A stretch of DNA of 37,058 nt from a bacterium. GTDB taxonomy: Bacteria > Sysuimicrobiota > Sysuimicrobiia > Sysuimicrobiales > Kaftiobacteriaceae. Below, piece after piece: positions 35,595-37,058 of the stretch (positions are counted from its first letter, which is position 1; every line of letters begins with the position of its first letter). The translations under genes were made by a program, and so were the position numbers. The stretch lies in contig JBIOWP010000029.1 of assembly GCA_044868695.1 (NCBI GenBank), positions 1-37,058 on the forward strand. Direction: 5' to 3'. The notes under the pieces were generated by a model. It was not told where the DNA came from, ran no database searches, and saw only the letters and a list, made by a program, of their open reading frames with translations.

Positions 35595-35663
35595 TGCGAT
35601 TTCGGATTGACGGTTGAGGATTTAAGCTGCGGGGTTGTGAGATCCGAAGTCCGCAATCCGCAA
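35595..35663. repeat. Heptamer inverted-repeat hairpin (CGGATT/AATCCG type)
   Basis: TGCGATT TCGGATT GACGGTT GAGGATT (35595-35622) and GATCCGA AGTCCGC AATCCGC AA (35641-35663), starting right after the HTH stop. Confidence 0.72.
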
Positions 35664-35766
35664 CGGGCGTAGGGGGAGGGGGGTGGACGGGCCGGGATCT
35701 TTCGGTACCAAGGAACATGTCAGTACGACGGAATATGTCGGACGCGTATCGAGAGGAGGGAAGTGT

Positions 35767-37058
35767 ATGCGCATGAACTGGCGATGGAGCACGCTCCTGC
35801 TGGCGGCGGTGATGACGGTAACCATCGTTCCGCTGGCGGGGGCGGCACCGGGCGGTGCCGCGGGCAGCGACACCGTGGTCATCTATACACAGCAAGAGCC
35901 ATCGTGTTTTCAGCCGCTGCCCGACGCCTGCCAGATGTTCGTCGGGACGATGGTCGCAGAGAACTTCCTCCGGGCCGGCGTGCAGTACGACCAGAACTGG
36001 AAGTACTTCCCCGACCTGATGGAGAAGTTGCCGACCTTGAAGGACGGCGACTGGAAGCTCCTGCCCGGGGACAAGATGCAGGTCACATGGAAGATCAAGA
36101 GGGGCTTCACCTGGCACGACGGGAAGCCGGTGACCGCGCAGGACTGGATCTGGGCGTGGCGCGTCAACCTGCACCCCGATTACCCGTCCGCGGGGCGTGA
36201 CGTGGCCGAGCGCGTGGAAAACATTCTGGCGCCCGATCCGTACACGCTCGTGGTGCAGTGGAAGAACAAGTACGCATTCGCCAACCACACGGTCCAGGGA
36301 TCCAGCATCCTCCCCAAGCACGCAACGGAGCGCGAGTTTCGAGAGAACCCCGGCAAGTTCGATAAAGCCGCCTGGGGGAATGGCGTCCCCACCGTCGGTA
36401 ACGGGCCCTATGTGCTGAAGGAGTGGCAGAAGGGCTCCTCGATCACCCTGGAGGCGTATGACAAGTGGATGGGCGAGAAGCCGGCCGTCAAGCGCATCGT
36501 GTTCCGCTTCATCTCCGACACGAACACGATTATCGCCAACGTACTCTCCGGCGCCTCAGATGCCACCGACGAGACCGCCATCCCCTTTGTGCAGGGGCTG
36601 GAGCTGGAGCAGCGGGTCATGCGCGAGGGTCGCCGGGACATTCTCCTCGAGGCCAAACCGGGGCTGGTCTGGGAGCACATCGATTTGAACCTTGACAACG
36701 AGCACCTCAAGGACAAGCGGGTGCGCCAGGCCCTCCTCTACGCCATCAACCGGGATGAACTGACCCAGACGCTGTTTGGCGGGAAGCAGCCGGTGTCCCA
36801 CTCCTGGCTGCCGGAGAAACACTACGGGTACAACCGGAATATCAAGAAGTACCCCTTCGATCCGGCGCGGGCCAAGGCGCTGCTGGCTGAGGCCGGCTAC
36901 ACGCCGGGATCGGACGGCATTCTGCAGAAGGGCGGCAAGCGGCTAGCCTTCACCTTCATGACCACCGCGGGCAACCGCACGCGCGAGTCCGTCCAGCAGA
37001 TTCTGCAGACGATGTGGAAGGCGGTCGGAGTCGACGTCCAGATCAGCAATCAGCCTGC
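35767..37058 (+). CDS. Peptide ABC transporter substrate-binding protein (family 5), 3'-truncated and absent from the ORF track
   Basis: SD AGGAGGG. Hand translation gives MRMNWRWSTLLLAAVMTVTIVPLAGAAPG...QQEP...TWKIKRGFTWHDGKPVTAQD...VGNGPYVLKEW...DKRVRQAL; no stop seen before the window end. Confidence 0.9.
   Translation, partial: MRMNWRWSTLLLAAVMTVTIVPLAGAAPGGAAGSDTVVIYTQQEPSCFQPLPDACQMFVGTMVAENFLRAGVQYDQNWKYFPDLMEKLPTLKDGDWKLLPGDKMQVTWKIKRGFTWHDGKPVTAQDWIWAWRVNLHPDYPSAGRDVAERVENILAPDPYTLVVQWKNKYAFANHTVQGSSILPKHATEREFRENPGKFDKAAWGNGVPTVGNGPYVLKEWQKGSSITLEAYDKWMGEKPAVKRIVFRFISDTNTIIANVLSGASDATDETAIPFVQGLELEQRVMREGRRDILLEAKPGLVWEHIDLNLDNEHLKDKRVRQALLYAINRDELTQTLFGGKQPVSHSWLPEKHYGYNRNIKKYPFDPARAKALLAEAGYTPGSDGILQKGGKRLAFTFMTTAGNRTRESVQQILQTMWKAVGVDVQISNQP

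Noticed and set aside
969..35663. Repeat tracts as CRISPR arrays
   Set aside because: Units are 7-8 nt and directly adjacent, with no unique spacers and no cas genes.
1531..36321. Many long antisense ORFs (e.g. 8121-9779, 20879-22612, 28243-29748)
   Set aside because: They are shadows of well-supported + strand genes, as expected in high-GC DNA.

Overview
This is a GC-rich bacterial chromosomal segment with almost every gene on the + strand. 1-13141 is a Terrabacteria-type outer-membrane/LPS cluster: a 5'-truncated hypothetical, three Skp/OmpH-like genes, lpxD-lpxC-fabZ-lpxA-lpxI-lpxB, lptC-lptA-lptB-lptF/G, a GT2 glycosyltransferase and a DUF3084-like gene. It is followed by a cobalamin riboswitch with a BtuB-like receptor and TonB, a four-helix-bundle (23S-IVP/bAvd-like) gene, a YqgF-like nuclease, an SLH-porin (OmpM/SlpA type) and small envelope genes. 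The rest holds a PyrR-attenuated pyrB-C-D-F-E operon, hpt-guaB3-guaA-pcrA, a peptide ABC transporter, an HTH gene and a second, 3'-truncated ABC substrate-binding protein. The gene set suggests a diderm Terrabacteria lineage, possibly Armatimonadota-related (inference only). The most unusual feature is about a dozen degenerate 7-mer/8-mer tandem-repeat tracts. Most form long inverted-repeat hairpins whose mismatches tend to recur every 7 nt. They sit at operon gene junctions, often translated in-frame as N- or C-terminal tails, inside pyrB and guaA, and inside the PyrR attenuator. One pair brackets the four-helix-bundle gene and 'empty' copies of the same arms occur elsewhere, which suggests a hairpin-flanked IVP cassette system in mRNA operons. 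All calls come from reading the sequence and recalling family motifs; no searches were run.
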